Source: Minisyncoccia bacterium (lineage in GTDB: Bacteria > Patescibacteriota > Minisyncoccia > UBA6257 > GWB1-50-10). Taken from it: a stretch of DNA of 64,000 bases. A program made the translations under genes and the position numbers. Shown in pieces: positions 63,621 to 64,000 of this stretch. The DNA is taken from contig JBEKVQ010000003.1 of NCBI GenBank assembly GCA_049997815.1, positions 85 to 64,084 of the forward strand, given 5' to 3'. The notes under the pieces are model-generated. The model saw only the letters and a list, made by a program, of their open reading frames with translations. It ran no database searches and was not told the origin of the DNA. Every line of letters starts with the position of its first letter. Positions within the stretch are counted from its first letter, which is position 1.

Positions 63621-63923
63621 GGGGGTTCCCTTTCATTTCTAGTTAGTGATGGGTTTTGAGTTTGTTAAGATGCTATTCCTGATTTTCAGGAACGCTGCGA
63701 TTTTACCACATCGTAAATTGTATGTCAATAATGGTGATCTAAACCTGTAGGCGCTTATCACACAACAAGAATATCCACTTAGTAAGGTGGTCGTTTTAAC
63801 CTGGAAGTTACCGAAGGTTCGATTTCTCCTAGAGTGTATTGACGAAAAATAAAAATCCCACTGTTGTAGTGGTGATTTTTATTTCTATACCTACGGATTC
63901 GAGATGTAGCGTATATGAACATC

Positions 63924-63999
63924 TGGTGCCCCCAGTAGGATTCGAACCTACGACCTTCTCCTTAAGAGGGAGCAGCTCTACCAACTGAGCTATAGGGGC
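63924..63999 (-). tRNA. tRNA-Lys (anticodon CUU), CCA encoded
   Basis: Reverse complement GCCCCTATAGCTCAGTTGGTAGAGCTGCTCCCTCTTAAGGAGAAGGTCGTAGGTTCGAATCCTACTGGGGGCACCA; its body is nearly identical to the 3' half of the intron-containing tRNA-Asn. Confidence 0.75.
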
Positions 64000-64000
64000 T

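Overview
The window is 64 kb of a small-genome bacterium; gene content and organisation suggest a CPR/Patescibacteria-type organism, but that is inference only. Housekeeping genes are densely packed and well supported: hisS (two paralogs), a family-4 UDG, an Nramp transporter, rarA, cspA, an M29 aminopeptidase, a P-type ATPase, class II RNR nrdJ, ftsZ-ftsA, ybeY, a GatB/YqeY protein, rpsU, a HIT protein, lepB, pth, cysS, dnaB, recR, rplU, nadK and cca. There are eight tRNA genes or candidates, one of them (tRNA-Asn) split by a ~200-nt group I intron.

Three regions stand out.

1. Positions 4977-14765 hold a tightly coupled minus-strand tandem array of five paralogous cysteine-rich proteins of 567-595 aa, with a GNAT acetyltransferase plus an unknown gene nested in the array. 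The paralogs share the same architecture and much of their termini, but their central regions have diverged strongly. I cannot assign them to any family I know; this is my best candidate for the undescribed system.

2. Positions 52449-55946 hold a restriction/defence-like cassette: an XRE HTH regulator, a ClpP-like protease, a PIN nuclease, an Mrr-type nuclease and an EVE/PUA-like-PD-(D/E)xK nuclease. It is bracketed by ~300-bp direct repeats that each carry a 68-aa gene and a GTACCGGTAC palindrome, by tRNA-3'-end-like core sequences, and by GC-rich hairpin repeats.

3. Positions 20.5-24 kb form a low-GC island containing an HNH endonuclease, the intron-bearing tRNA-Asn, a DUF559-like endonuclease and four unknown genes.

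Several families of intergenic repeats are also present: a duplicated structured leader, a recurrent post-terminator motif, and a conserved element downstream of tRNAs. No CRISPR array or rRNA gene was seen. Everything here is read from the sequence and the ORF track; no database searches were possible.
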